A stretch of DNA of 64,000 bases from an uncultured archaeon (lineage in GTDB: Archaea; Asgardarchaeota; Thorarchaeia; Thorarchaeales; Thorarchaeaceae), in NCBI GenBank assembly GCA_964458565.1, contig CAYWJO010000006.1:52892-116891 (forward strand). Direction: 5' to 3'. This document shows, in pieces, positions 1 through 10,260 of this stretch. Positions within the stretch are counted from its first letter, which is position 1; each line of letters starts with the position of its first letter. The notes under the pieces are model-generated. The model saw nothing but the letters and a program-made list of their open reading frames with translations, was not told where the DNA came from and did no database searches. The translations under genes and the position numbers were made by a program.

Positions 1-216
1 GATCAATTCCCCATTGACAGTGGAGTAGCCTGTGAAATTGGTATAGCCTATGCATTGAAAAAAACCGTTATCGGACTCTATACTGATATCAGAAGCAAGA
101 GAGAAGGTGAAGGCAGGATGTACAAAAACCAGTACGTGATGGGAGCTATCGAATCAGCAGGGGTGATTGTCGATACCATCGACCAGCTTCTGCAAGTCCT
201 ACCTAAATATGTATGA
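1..216 (+). CDS. Nucleoside 2-deoxyribosyltransferase family protein, 3' part (5' end outside window)
   Basis: Frame 1 translated by hand: DQFPIDSGVACEIGIAYALKKTVIGLYTDIR...MYKNQYVMGAIE...KYV*. It carries the DSGxxxEIGxAYA and N-x-Y/F-V-x-G motifs of the NDT family. Not in the ORF track. Confidence 0.8.
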   Translation, partial: DQFPIDSGVACEIGIAYALKKTVIGLYTDIRSKREGEGRMYKNQYVMGAIESAGVIVDTIDQLLQVLPKYV

Positions 217-229
217 GTGGTTTGTGCCC

Positions 230-3200
230 TTAGAGAATCCGCTTTCTCTTCAATATTTCAACTACTGCAAAGAACCCTACAAATACAAGAGCCCATGTAG
301 CGATTATAATAATCCAGGAACCCATAACATAGGGAGGAAGTGGTGGGGGTGTTACAGGAGGACCAATGTTTGTTGGTGTGCTTTCAGTAGGACCACTTGA
401 AGTAGGTTCTGTAGTTGGTTCGGTTGTTTCTCCGGTTGTAGTGATAATATCAGTGACTACTACATTGACGTAGTCAGATACCGAGTTTCCGCCAACATCT
501 GAAATTAAAATTGTGTAATTATAACTTCCAACTGAAAGACCATCAAGTGAAATTACGATTGAACCAGAAGACCATGTATCATTCTCAACCACCAAACCAT
601 CTCTGAAAATCAGATACTCGGATGGATGCAAGTCTGAGGCAGACCAGCTGATTGATTCTCCTGTTTCACCAACTACAAATTCAACATCGGATGGACTGTC
701 AAGAAGTGGTGCGGTTACATCGAGTACTGTTACCTTTACACTATCATAGGCAGTGTTGTTTACAATGTCATATACAATCAATACTATCTGATAGGTTGAA
801 AGTGTCAGGCCATCAAGTGAAATCGATATTGGCTCATCACTGGAGTTCCAGACACCGGCCTTGACAAGGTTCCCATCTATGAATATCTCGTATCTAGAGG
901 GATGTAAATCATAAGGAATCCATTCGATATCATCGCCTATCTCTCCCTCTCCAACAGAGAAATCATCAATTGCATCAATTGTTGGGGATGTACCATCGTA
1001 AATTGTGACCTGAACAAGGTCAGTAGCATTGTTACCACTCTCGTCAAAGACAATCAATGAGAAATTATATTCTCCTAAAATCAATGTGTGCAGAGGAATT
1101 ACTATACTCTCGGAACTTGAATTCCAGAGTCCGGATTTTATTACGATTCCATCCTGAAAGACAGTATAATTGTACGGATGCAAATCGTAGGGAGTCCAAA
1201 CGATTTCAGATCCAAGTGTGCCTTCAGCGACGGAGGGTTCTGCAATCGAGTCGATAATTGGAGCAATTGCATCCAATACCGTGACCAGGACCGTATCGTT
1301 ACCAGAATTCATCCCTATATCATATACGACCAAGGTGTAATTATACGACCCCGCAGAGAGGCCTGTGATTGAGATACTGATTGATTCAGCACTTGAGTTC
1401 CATGCTCCAAACTTGACAATGATACCATCCTTCAGGATTTCGTAAGATATTGGATGTAGGTCAGTAGGATTCCATGTGATTGAACCACCTGGATCGCCTT
1501 CATTGTACTCAACGTCTGGTTGGTCATCTACAACAGGATGTGTACCATCAAGAACTGTGACATTCACTGAATCTGTTACTGTATTGCCATGATCGTCAAT
1601 GGCCCAAAATGTGTAGTTGTACACCCCATAAGCAAGTCCACTAACAGACACAGAGAATGACTGTGCATTCGAATTCCAATTGCCAGAACGAATCTGGGTT
1701 CCATCTCGATAGATTCGGTAGGAATTCGGATACTTATCGTAAGGCTGCCAAGTAAGGGACCCTGCAGACTCACCTTCATTATAGAATACATCAGCAGGAC
1801 TATTTACTGTTGGAGCTGTTCCATCATATGTGGTGACCAAGACATAATCGTCCGCAGTATTGCCATCCTCATCGTAGACGACAAGTCTGTATGTACGTGT
1901 TCCCAAGTTAAATCCATCAAGTGAAATCGAGATTGTTTCTGATGGGTCATTCCAAAGCCCAAATTGCACAGGAGTTCCATCACGATATATTGTATAGTTC
2001 TTAGGATTCAAATCCAAAGGATGCCAGACAAGTAGATTTCCAACAGAATCTTCGATGATAAATTGATCAGAAGGATGATCAACATAAGGTAGGTCTGTGT
2101 CAAAAACTGTTACAAATACTGTGTCGAATGCAGTAGTTCCTCCTACATCAGTAACAGCTAATATGAAGTTGTGTAAAGCAATTGGTAATCCACTCACATC
2201 AAAGAATATGTTCTCGCCACTACTATTCCATAAACCAGATTTTACTGATGAACCATTTGCCAATATGCTATAACTAACTGGATGGAGATCAAATGCAGAC
2301 CATGTAATATTAAAGCCAGCTCCTTGACCCACAGCATAGTAGGAATCATCCGGGTGAGTTGTTGTTGGAGCGGTTCCATCAAACACAGTCACAATGACCG
2401 TATCAGTGTCACTTAGCCCAGTTTCGTCATAAACAACGATTGTGAAGTTCCAATCACCCAAAGTCAATCCATTCATAGATATCGAGATTGACTCTGTACT
2501 AGAATTCCAGAGTCCAGATTTTACTGCTAAATCCTCACGATAGATGACATAATTCGAGGGATGGAGGTCGAAAGGACTCCAGGACAACATAGTTCCAACA
2601 CTACCCTCAATCACTTCGAAGTCATCAGGACTATCGAGCACGGGTGCTGTATCATCATAGACTGTGACCATCACTGTGTCAGATGCAGTATTGTCGTTCG
2701 TATCGTACACGATTATTGTAAAATTCCAAACACCTGTAGTAAGTCCATCTACTGAAACAACAATGGGACTCGCACTCCAAGTATTAGTATAAACTAGTTC
2801 TCCATTTCGGAGGACCTCATAGGATGAAGGATAGAGATCAAATGGGTTCCATGAGATTGAATTTGATGAGGTGTCTTCAGCATAGGAGAAATCACCGGGG
2901 CTGTCAATGGTTGGAGGTGTGATATCATTCACATGAACAAATACTGTATCAAGCACTGTGTTAGCATCTGTATCTGTAACTGAGATGGTATAATTATATG
3001 ACCCTGGCGAAAGGCCATCCACGGAGACATTGATTGTTTCGTCACTTGCATTCCATGAGTTAGATTTAATCACAACACCTTCAAAATAGACAACATAGCT
3101 TTCTGGAGAAGCATCATAGGGGGTCCAAGTTATCGAATTACCAGTTTCACCCTCATCATAGATGATATCGGCGGGATGATCGATAGTCGGAGAATCGCCG

Positions 3201-3940
3201 TCAGCGACGGTAATCACGACAGTGTCTGAGTTGGAGTTATCAGCATCATCCCAGACTGTCAACACAATATTGTGAACACCAATTGTAAGAGTATCAAGCA
3301 TGACGGTAATAGAAGAGCCAGACCATGGTCCGCTTCTCATGAGAGCACTGTTGTCTGTAATTTCATATCGATTCGGATTCTCGTCATAAGGATTCCATGT
3401 TATACTCTCAGTAGGGTCGCCAAGAGCAATTAGCTTGTCAGGGGGGCTGTCTATTGTAGGTGGTGTGCTATCACCGGATAAAACCTCGACTGCCACATCC
3501 AAGCTTGTTGCCAAATCATCTGCAGCCGCCACCCAGATTCTGATAGTGAATGAGCCTGTTGAGAGCGGAGTGAATTCAAACGACGCAGTGATTGCATTTA
3601 GACTCGAGTTCGTATCACCGGTACCTTGATCTTGTATCTCACTTGCTGTGAAGGAAAATTCATCGTTGTCAGCCCAACCAGCCTGAAGACTGATTGCGTA
3701 GAGGGTATCACCGTCTAAATATCCTGTAGAATACACCTCAAGGGTAAAGGGGATATCAATTGTTGCTGCGATTGTCCCACCTGCATCTGAAGTCAATGTC
3801 AGGACACCGGATGTATTATGACATCCACCACATTCTGCTGTATATCCAAGTCTTGCTAGCGAGAGTGACGCAAGTCCAAGAACAGAAATTGCGATTATGC
3901 CTGCTAGTGCTATCAATGTAATCCGCTGAATCCTTTGCAT
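230..3940 (-). CDS. Large membrane-anchored surface protein: N-terminal CxxCH (Reeler/choice-of-anchor-V-like) domain plus 11 tandem Ig-like repeats
   Basis: Signal peptide (MQRIQRITLIALAG...), then ECGGCH, then 11 repeats of about 92 aa (PxIDxPxD...ITWxPxDxxP..Y.I..DG..V.SG.W...ISLDGL..G.YNYT..V.D..GN...D.V.VTV), a Thr/Pro linker, a C-terminal TM helix and KRKR tail. Start placed at ATG 3940. Confidence 0.85.
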   Translation of the reverse strand: MQRIQRITLIALAGIIAISVLGLASLSLARLGYTAECGGCHNTSGVLTLTSDAGGTIAATIDIPFTLEVYSTGYLDGDTLYAISLQAGWADNDEFSFTASEIQDQGTGDTNSSLNAITASFEFTPLSTGSFTIRIWVAAADDLATSLDVAVEVLSGDSTPPTIDSPPDKLIALGDPTESITWNPYDENPNRYEITDNSALMRSGPWSGSSITVMLDTLTIGVHNIVLTVWDDADNSNSDTVVITVADGDSPTIDHPADIIYDEGETGNSITWTPYDASPESYVVYFEGVVIKSNSWNASDETINVSVDGLSPGSYNYTISVTDTDANTVLDTVFVHVNDITPPTIDSPGDFSYAEDTSSNSISWNPFDLYPSSYEVLRNGELVYTNTWSASPIVVSVDGLTTGVWNFTIIVYDTNDNTASDTVMVTVYDDTAPVLDSPDDFEVIEGSVGTMLSWSPFDLHPSNYVIYREDLAVKSGLWNSSTESISISMNGLTLGDWNFTIVVYDETGLSDTDTVIVTVFDGTAPTTTHPDDSYYAVGQGAGFNITWSAFDLHPVSYSILANGSSVKSGLWNSSGENIFFDVSGLPIALHNFILAVTDVGGTTAFDTVFVTVFDTDLPYVDHPSDQFIIEDSVGNLLVWHPLDLNPKNYTIYRDGTPVQFGLWNDPSETISISLDGFNLGTRTYRLVVYDEDGNTADDYVLVTTYDGTAPTVNSPADVFYNEGESAGSLTWQPYDKYPNSYRIYRDGTQIRSGNWNSNAQSFSVSVSGLAYGVYNYTFWAIDDHGNTVTDSVNVTVLDGTHPVVDDQPDVEYNEGDPGGSITWNPTDLHPISYEILKDGIIVKFGAWNSSAESISISITGLSAGSYNYTLVVYDIGMNSGNDTVLVTVLDAIAPIIDSIAEPSVAEGTLGSEIVWTPYDLHPYNYTVFQDGIVIKSGLWNSSSESIVIPLHTLILGEYNFSLIVFDESGNNATDLVQVTIYDGTSPTIDAIDDFSVGEGEIGDDIEWIPYDLHPSRYEIFIDGNLVKAGVWNSSDEPISISLDGLTLSTYQIVLIVYDIVNNTAYDSVKVTVLDVTAPLLDSPSDVEFVVGETGESISWSASDLHPSEYLIFRDGLVVENDTWSSGSIVISLDGLSVGSYNYTILISDVGGNSVSDYVNVVVTDIITTTGETTEPTTEPTSSGPTESTPTNIGPPVTPPPLPPYVMGSWIIIIATWALVFVGFFAVVEILKRKRIL

Positions 3941-4159
3941 AGTTCTATCCCACTGGAATGATGCGTTAGCCAATTTGGTAATTATATAAAGATTGTTTGA
4001 GATGCTTTTAAGAATTAGAAAAGGATATTCGGTTACAATTTGTAATCAATCAGTATTAAAAATTAAAAACGTGTGAAGCACAAAAATAATAATTTGCGAA
4101 GACTAGTTTAAATAGCTCTCTTGTACTATACAAACTATTCCATTATTGGAGATAAGAAA

Positions 4160-4378
4160 ATGGGTAAGGGTGCTGCCATCCTAGGATTGATTCTCATCAT
4201 TGTGGGAATTCTGCCTATCATATTAGATATGATAGGGCCCGGCTTTGAAATGATCACAGACTACTTCTATATGCTCAACATCTACACCTTAGAACTCGGA
4301 GGATTCTTCTTCTCCGAAATCATGTTGATTCTTATAGTATTAGGCGTGATCCTACTCATTGTTGGTGCCGTTAGTTAG
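4160..4378 (+). CDS. Small two-TM membrane protein
   Basis: MGKGAAILGLILIIVG... with two hydrophobic helices; GGAGA RBS before ATG 4160. Confidence 0.7.
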   Translation: MGKGAAILGLILIIVGILPIILDMIGPGFEMITDYFYMLNIYTLELGGFFFSEIMLILIVLGVILLIVGAVS

Positions 4379-4450
4379 GCATTACTAGGAAAAAAAAAAA
4401 CATGGGAACATAATCATATAGAGGATTCTATATTTCCCGTAGGGAAGATT

Positions 4451-5287
4451 ATGATGGCAAATTCAGTAGTAATCCTAGAAAACACGGGGAGCATCATCGA
4501 TATTCTTAGAAAGGGCATTGAGATGATAGGAGGATTCAATCTCCATACCGGACCTGTATTGATAAAGCCCAATATTTGTACGGTCTCTGATAATACCGGA
4601 CATTCTGTTACAGATGTAAGGGTTGTTGAAGCTGTGATTGATTTGCTTCTTGAAGAAGATAAGTCATTATCAATAAGGGTCGTAGAATCTGACAGCGAGA
4701 GTAAGTATGCAGATGAAGCATTCGATAAATTTGGCTATACTAATATGACTACTTCAAAGCGCGATATTGGATATGATGTGAATGTTGTGAATCTCAGTAA
4801 ATCGCAACTGAGAAAGGTGGAGTTTGAAGGGCTTTATTTCAATAGACCTGAATTACCCGCTGAAATTACTAATCATTCGTACTATATATCGATTGCAATC
4901 CCAAAAACACATTATCTCACTCATATAACTGGAACTCTAAAGAATCAGTTTGGTCTACTCCCCAGAAAAGCACAGGGAACATATCACTCAGATATCCAAG
5001 AGATTATTATTGATCTCAATCAATTGGTAAAACCAGATCTATGCATATTCGATGCAAGGGTTGGTGTGGAGAGATGGAATGGACCTAAGACTCATCAGAT
5101 GGACCTTTTCGTTGTGGGGAGAAATGCGGCATCCACAGATGCGATTATGGCACGATTAATGGGATTCAATCCAGAGGAAATCGATCATATCAGAAAGGCA
5201 AGTAAGCAAGGTGTTGGGAACATAAATCCTGAAGTTCTAGGTAAAGCAATTGAAGATGTGTGCGTCCTGTTCAAATCACCCAAATAG
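4451..5287 (+). CDS. DUF362 domain protein
   Basis: VLIKPN, PKTH...TGTLKNQFG and D-x-I-MARLMGF motifs typical of DUF362. Confidence 0.85.
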   Translation: MMANSVVILENTGSIIDILRKGIEMIGGFNLHTGPVLIKPNICTVSDNTGHSVTDVRVVEAVIDLLLEEDKSLSIRVVESDSESKYADEAFDKFGYTNMTTSKRDIGYDVNVVNLSKSQLRKVEFEGLYFNRPELPAEITNHSYYISIAIPKTHYLTHITGTLKNQFGLLPRKAQGTYHSDIQEIIIDLNQLVKPDLCIFDARVGVERWNGPKTHQMDLFVVGRNAASTDAIMARLMGFNPEEIDHIRKASKQGVGNINPEVLGKAIEDVCVLFKSPK

Positions 5288-5373
5288 ACGCACTATAATA
5301 CGAGTTTACTATTGTGAATAGATTTATATAGTAATTATATTATTATTTCTGTTAATATAATAATAATTAGGTG

Positions 5374-5628
5374 ATGTCGTTGTCGATAGAAGGGGATTTC
5401 ACCCAACTAAGAAAGATTCACAACCTGACAAAGAGTCAAGCAGCAATACTAAGGATCTTGCAGAATAAAGGAGAGAAAGGAATCACTCCAAAGCAACTAG
5501 TCGATGATGTATCTTTTGCACCACGAACAGTGCGATATGCTCTACGAACCTTACTCAAAAAGAGATTGATTAGAAGAATACCATGTCTCTTGGATATGAG
5601 ACAATATATTTACCTCCCCCTAGAGTAA
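5374..5628 (+). CDS. Winged-helix transcriptional regulator (MarR/TrmB-like, archaeal type)
   Basis: LTKSQAAIL...ITPKQL...APRTVRYALRTLLKKRLI...DMRQYIY wHTH signature. Confidence 0.8.
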   Translation: MSLSIEGDFTQLRKIHNLTKSQAAILRILQNKGEKGITPKQLVDDVSFAPRTVRYALRTLLKKRLIRRIPCLLDMRQYIYLPLE

Positions 5629-5684
5629 AACGAAAATAATTCTATTCTCAATGAGTTTTTTTTATGCTCATCCAAACAAATTGG

Positions 5685-6167
5685 TTACTCCAGTTGGAGA
5701 AAGTCAGAGAGCCCTACTCTAACACAGACAGTTTCACCCATTGCAGTTTTGATACCATCTGAATACAAATCACAACTAACACGAATCCGATTCTCACTCT
5801 TTTCCTCAACTCGAGCACGCAATGTTATGGGTTTGTCCAATGGAGTTGGTTTCAGAAATTTTACAGAAAGAGAGCTGGTAACATACATGAAGTGATCCAC
5901 ATCGCTCAATTCATGGTGTGCTGCTGCATTCGCTGTACCTGTAGTATGACAGTCAATCAATGTTGCGATGATGCCTCCATTAAGAATACCAGGAAAGGCT
6001 AGATGATGTTCTTTTGGAGTCCAAATAGCAACTGTCTCCTCACCATCCCAGTAACTTTTCAGTTGGAGACCATGCTCATTATTCCTACCACAACCCCAAC
6101 AGAAAGTCGCTTGCTCAGGCCATTGATCTTGAATGGTTTCATTATTCATCGCGGTCACTTCCACCAT
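5685..6167 (-). CDS. PaaI family thioesterase (hotdog fold)
   Basis: CWGCGRNNEHGL, GILNGGIIATLIDCH and VKFLKPTP motifs. Confidence 0.85.
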   Translation of the reverse strand: MVEVTAMNNETIQDQWPEQATFCWGCGRNNEHGLQLKSYWDGEETVAIWTPKEHHLAFPGILNGGIIATLIDCHTTGTANAAAHHELSDVDHFMYVTSSLSVKFLKPTPLDKPITLRARVEEKSENRIRVSCDLYSDGIKTAMGETVCVRVGLSDFLQLE

Positions 6168-6298
6168 GGATGATACTCCGGTCTATCAACTTGATGGTAT
6201 GTTCGTTATAATTGATTCAACTTAATAATGTTAGAAGAGATATAATGAATGATTTAAGACGGTGTTCGACGTTTATTCGCATAGCGGGGGTTGATAAC

Positions 6299-7249
6299 AT
6301 GGAGTATCACAAATATACAATCAATGATGTCGACAAGAGTGCGATAGCGCTTATTCTACTTGAACAAAGGAAATCACAAGGCGATTGGGAAGATGTATCG
6401 CCTTCACGTGTAGAAGAGGTTATTCAGCAAAACTTCGAGGGAACAGAAGATGTCTTCATATGTGCAGAGTCAGGTTCGGAACTATTAGGCTTCTCAGTGA
6501 TACATTTCGATAGTGACAAATCTGCACAATTGAATCCTTGGTTCCTAGGAGGAGTACCAGTAGTAACATCAAATGAGAGAGATGATATGATACATACAGG
6601 TCTCTTTGATCACGTAATGGAGCACATCCGGAGTACAAATGTGAATCGTGTTGAAATATTCTTTACACCTGAGAAGCATGAGGGCTCTCTAATAACTATA
6701 CTCAGCAAGTATGGATTCAAACTAGTTGAGGAAATTGTCCATCTACGGGAAGCCATTTCTGAATTAAAATTGAAGGCTGATAAGATATCACCAGATATTG
6801 ATGTTAAGCCACTGTTCGCAATAGACCGCGAAGAGTTATACTCGACCTGGCACAATACATTTCTTGATGGTGAAGACAGGAGTTTTCTTGATAGGAATGA
6901 GGAACAGAGAAGAGAATTTTTTGATGACCTATTTGATGAATCGGAATCTTATGTTGAAGATGCAACTATAGCAATAGTCCAAGACTCTGTGATTGCAGGA
7001 TTCATTATCATTAGGCTGACACACGGAGAGAATAATGGTCATGTATGGCTGGTAGGAATTAACTCAGACTATAGGAGAAAGGGGTATGCCAAAATGTTGC
7101 TTGCTCAAGGGAAGAAGACATTGACAAATCTCGGCATGAACACAATGAGTGTCAACGTTGATTATAATAACAAACCAGCATACAAACTATACACGTCTCT
7201 GGGATTCAAAGAGGAATGGCGACAAATTTGCTATGGTTGGGAGAGGTAG
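6299..7249 (+). CDS. Tandem GNAT-family N-acetyltransferase
   Basis: C-terminal VGINSDYRRKGYA acetyl-CoA motif and NKPAYKLYTSLGF; degenerate N-terminal GNAT domain. Start placed at ATG 6299 after a GGGGG RBS. Confidence 0.85.
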   Translation: MEYHKYTINDVDKSAIALILLEQRKSQGDWEDVSPSRVEEVIQQNFEGTEDVFICAESGSELLGFSVIHFDSDKSAQLNPWFLGGVPVVTSNERDDMIHTGLFDHVMEHIRSTNVNRVEIFFTPEKHEGSLITILSKYGFKLVEEIVHLREAISELKLKADKISPDIDVKPLFAIDREELYSTWHNTFLDGEDRSFLDRNEEQRREFFDDLFDESESYVEDATIAIVQDSVIAGFIIIRLTHGENNGHVWLVGINSDYRRKGYAKMLLAQGKKTLTNLGMNTMSVNVDYNNKPAYKLYTSLGFKEEWRQICYGWER

Positions 7250-7419
7250 GATGTTGAATTTATATGTCAACATGAAAAAATCTCTAACGCAGAGCCGCTA
7301 ATAGTAATAAATAATATAAAATAATATCTACAATTCACTTATATTATCATATTCCTTTGTATTATTGTGCCGAGATGGTTAGCTCAATCTCATACTCCGA
7401 TAGCATAGAAAGACGGACT

Positions 7420-7806
7420 ATGATGGCGAGAAGTAAACATCAAGAAGCGGGGACACATGCTATGGGAAGCCACATGTCAGAAACCAATCCAGCAGAGTCA
7501 TCGTTTAGTAGTTGTTCCAATCAGTGTGGGAAATCCAGCTGTGTGACATTCTACGGAGGCGAACAATGTTTCTTCTGTGAACCAACCAAGGGGATGTTAA
7601 GGGACATGCTCTCTCAGTTCCAAATCCCGTTCACATGTGTTCTTCAAGTTGATGTGGATGAGGAAGAAACTATAACAAAAGAAGAGAGTATACTTGCATT
7701 ACCGACAATCAAAATATGTGGAGAAACGATTGTAGGACTACCGGATGAGGGGACTATCCGGGATGCAGTTGTTCGTGCATTAATGAATGAATGTTTCTGC
7801 ATCTGA
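7420..7806 (+). CDS. Thioredoxin-fold protein, Cys-rich
   Basis: TFYGGEQCFFCEP (CxxC), VDVDE and ILALPTIKI (cis-Pro loop). Start uncertain (7420 or 7462). Confidence 0.75.
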   Translation: MMARSKHQEAGTHAMGSHMSETNPAESSFSSCSNQCGKSSCVTFYGGEQCFFCEPTKGMLRDMLSQFQIPFTCVLQVDVDEEETITKEESILALPTIKICGETIVGLPDEGTIRDAVVRALMNECFCI

Positions 7807-7927
7807 GATTTGATATATATACATGAGGCTCATTTTTACCACATGTTATCCAGAATCATCTTTTTGAAACAGATGACTCTATGATAATGTCTTTAGACAG
7901 ATTTGCACATCCTGAAGTTGATCAAAG

Positions 7928-8764
7928 ATGGAACCATGGGAGAGAGAGAAACTCATTATTGCGAGGACAAATGAACCGATAACAAGAAACAGAATAATCA
8001 CCGATCTGAAGACTCTTGGTGTTGAACCAGGAGATACCCTCTTTGTCCATTCGTCAATGAGCAAGATTGGCTGGATAATTGGAGATGTAGTCACACTCAT
8101 ACAAGCACTCATGGAAGCTGTAGGAGAAAATGGTACTCTGATGATGCCAGGAGAGTCGTCGGGAAATGGAGAACCATCTCATTGGCAATATCCAGCAGTT
8201 CCAGAAACTTGGTGGGAAATAATTCGTCAGGAAATTCCATCATATGACCCAAGAATAACACCAACGAGAAGAGTAGGAAAAGTACCAGAAGCCTTTCGCT
8301 CGTTTCCAGGGGTGCTGAGAAGCTCCCACCCACAAATTTCATTTCAGGCGTGGGGAAGATATACTGAATATCTAGTGCAAGATCATCCATTGGAAAACCC
8401 ACTTGGGGAAGAGAGCCCTTTAGGCAGACTGTATGAACTAGATGGAAAAATCTTGCTTCTTGGTGTGAATCATGACTCCAATACATCAATTCATCTTGCA
8501 GAAGATAAAGCAAGGATTCCAGGATTCCCGACTAGAAGAAAAGGCGCTGTAATATTGGAAGATGGAGATCGAGTGTGGAAGACATGGACCGAACTTGATT
8601 ACGACTCCGACGACTTCATTCTGGTTGGAGAAGCATATGAGGCAACCTTGACCTACAATCGAGGATATATTGGTCAAGCGGAGTCAAGGCTTTTCAATAT
8701 GCGGAGTATTGTGGATTTCGCTATAGGATGGATGCGAAAAAACCGACATTATGATACGTCATAG
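7928..8764 (+). CDS. AAC(3) family (YokD-like) N-acetyltransferase
   Basis: VHSSMSKIGW, GTLMMP, RSSHPQISF and ILLLGVNHDSNTSIHLAE motifs. Confidence 0.9.
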   Translation: MEPWEREKLIIARTNEPITRNRIITDLKTLGVEPGDTLFVHSSMSKIGWIIGDVVTLIQALMEAVGENGTLMMPGESSGNGEPSHWQYPAVPETWWEIIRQEIPSYDPRITPTRRVGKVPEAFRSFPGVLRSSHPQISFQAWGRYTEYLVQDHPLENPLGEESPLGRLYELDGKILLLGVNHDSNTSIHLAEDKARIPGFPTRRKGAVILEDGDRVWKTWTELDYDSDDFILVGEAYEATLTYNRGYIGQAESRLFNMRSIVDFAIGWMRKNRHYDTS

Positions 8765-8811
8765 AAGAACCATTTCGAAGAGGTCTTAAGCAAATTTTCA
8801 ATAGTTAATTT

Positions 8812-9207
8812 ATGACTGAAGAAATTAAGAAGTCCGAACAGGAATGGAAACTATCTTTATCCTCGGAGCAGTTTAAAATATTAAGACAGTGCGGAACAGA
8901 ACCTCCATTCTCAGGCAAATATGTCAATCACAAAGATGACGGGACATACGTATGTGCTGGTTGTGGTAATGAGTTATTCTCATCTGATACTAAATTTGAA
9001 TCTGGCAGTGGTTGGCCTAGTTTCTGGGAGAAAATGTCAGAGGACAGTATTGAATTCAAAGAAGACAAAAGCTACGGGATGAGAAGAACTGAGGTGGTAT
9101 GCAAGAAATGTGGAGGACATCTAGGTCATGTTTTTGATGATGGTCCAAACCCGACAGGGCTGAGATATTGTATCAATTCCATGTCGCTTGATTTCAAACC
9201 ACTGTAA
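8812..9207 (+). CDS. msrB: Peptide-methionine (R)-S-oxide reductase
   Basis: [39 protein letters not shown] and RYCINS. Confidence 0.97.
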   Translation: MTEEIKKSEQEWKLSLSSEQFKILRQCGTEPPFSGKYVNHKDDGTYVCAGCGNELFSSDTKFESGSGWPSFWEKMSEDSIEFKEDKSYGMRRTEVVCKKCGGHLGHVFDDGPNPTGLRYCINSMSLDFKPL

Positions 9208-9250
9208 TTGCATTCTAGATTACATGTGATAGGTAAAGGCAAAACCGAAC

Positions 9251-9466
9251 CTATGAATTGCTTAATTTGGACCTCAAAGCTTGGATGAAGTTCGCACGAT
9301 CCTGCGCAATTATGGTCTTAACCAATTTCCAAGCTTTGGAGCAGTTCTTGTATTCAACACCCACGATCTCATGAATTGCTGTATCGATTTCGAGTTTGTT
9401 TTCTTTTGTGATTTCGATTCCAATTTCTGCAAAGAAATCATCTAAGTGTCTGAAGTAGCAGGTCAT
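9251..9466 (-). CDS. Small conserved hypothetical protein
   Basis: MTCYFRHLDDFF...IDTAIHEIVGVEYKNCSKAWK; GAGG RBS; follows the upstream minus-strand gene. Confidence 0.7.
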   Translation of the reverse strand: MTCYFRHLDDFFAEIGIEITKENKLEIDTAIHEIVGVEYKNCSKAWKLVKTIIAQDRANFIQALRSKLSNS

Positions 9467-9476
9467 TATTCAATCC

Positions 9477-10130
9477 TCAGTCAGGTAATATAATGCGGTC
9501 TAGTGTCAGTGTATAATTATATTCTCCACAGCAATAGTCAGCATATTTCCAAAGGCTGATAGAGTCAGGCATTCCGGTTGAATATGATACATACGCAAAC
9601 CACATTTCATCAGCGTTCACGAGTGATGTCCTATGGCCAATCACGAAATATTCGTTTTTAGCCTCTGAGAAATAGGTATTATAGAAGGTTTCATTCTCAT
9701 ATTCATCAAGATGCGGATAAAAGCCATCTATTACATCCCAAGCTCCAATTGGGAGTAAACATCGGGATATCAGATATTCAATCTGCTGCATCTCAGACGT
9801 TAAATTTCCAGCAAGGTATGACACCTTGAGTGTTTCAATTGTCTTACTAGAAAAGATGGTCCCGTTCTCCAGATCTATAATTGGTAATGATGTAATTGTT
9901 ACACAAATTGTCGTTAGATTAAGAGCTGTAAAAGGAATAGGATATGGAACTCCTGCTTCAATTTTATACCCAGTTACAATTAGTGAGTAGTGATATTCTT
10001 CGTTCACTTGAACAAACCATTCGATTGGTAAAACAGGGTCACTCGTGAGTAAAGGGATTATCATCAGACTACTGACAATAATGAGTAGACAGCTAGAGGT
10101 AACAACCCCAATTCGTGTACTCATTTTCAT
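9477..10130 (-). CDS. Secreted/membrane-anchored hypothetical protein
   Basis: N-terminal hydrophobic helix after MKMSTR; beta-rich body with NxT sequons. Confidence 0.65.
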   Translation of the reverse strand: MKMSTRIGVVTSSCLLIIVSSLMIIPLLTSDPVLPIEWFVQVNEEYHYSLIVTGYKIEAGVPYPIPFTALNLTTICVTITSLPIIDLENGTIFSSKTIETLKVSYLAGNLTSEMQQIEYLISRCLLPIGAWDVIDGFYPHLDEYENETFYNTYFSEAKNEYFVIGHRTSLVNADEMWFAYVSYSTGMPDSISLWKYADYCCGEYNYTLTLDRIILPD

Positions 10131-10260
10131 CTCAGACCACAATAAGGGTATGGTGTTACATCGCCATAAAGCCTCTTGTGTGCTCCAAATCACTTCAGAA
10201 AATCGCTACATTCACAAAAGGAATAAGATTCTCCGTTTTAATTATTCATGGTTGATGACT

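Noticed and set aside
652-3629. Many short ORFs antisense to or overlapping long genes (here and throughout, e.g. 8109..8513, 24711..25154, 39322..39828, 41845..42219)
   Set aside because: Shadow ORFs of well-supported genes, with no motifs or RBS.
7928-8764. Aminoglycoside resistance gene
   Set aside because: YokD-like AAC(3) homologs are widespread with unproven substrates, and there is no mobile context.
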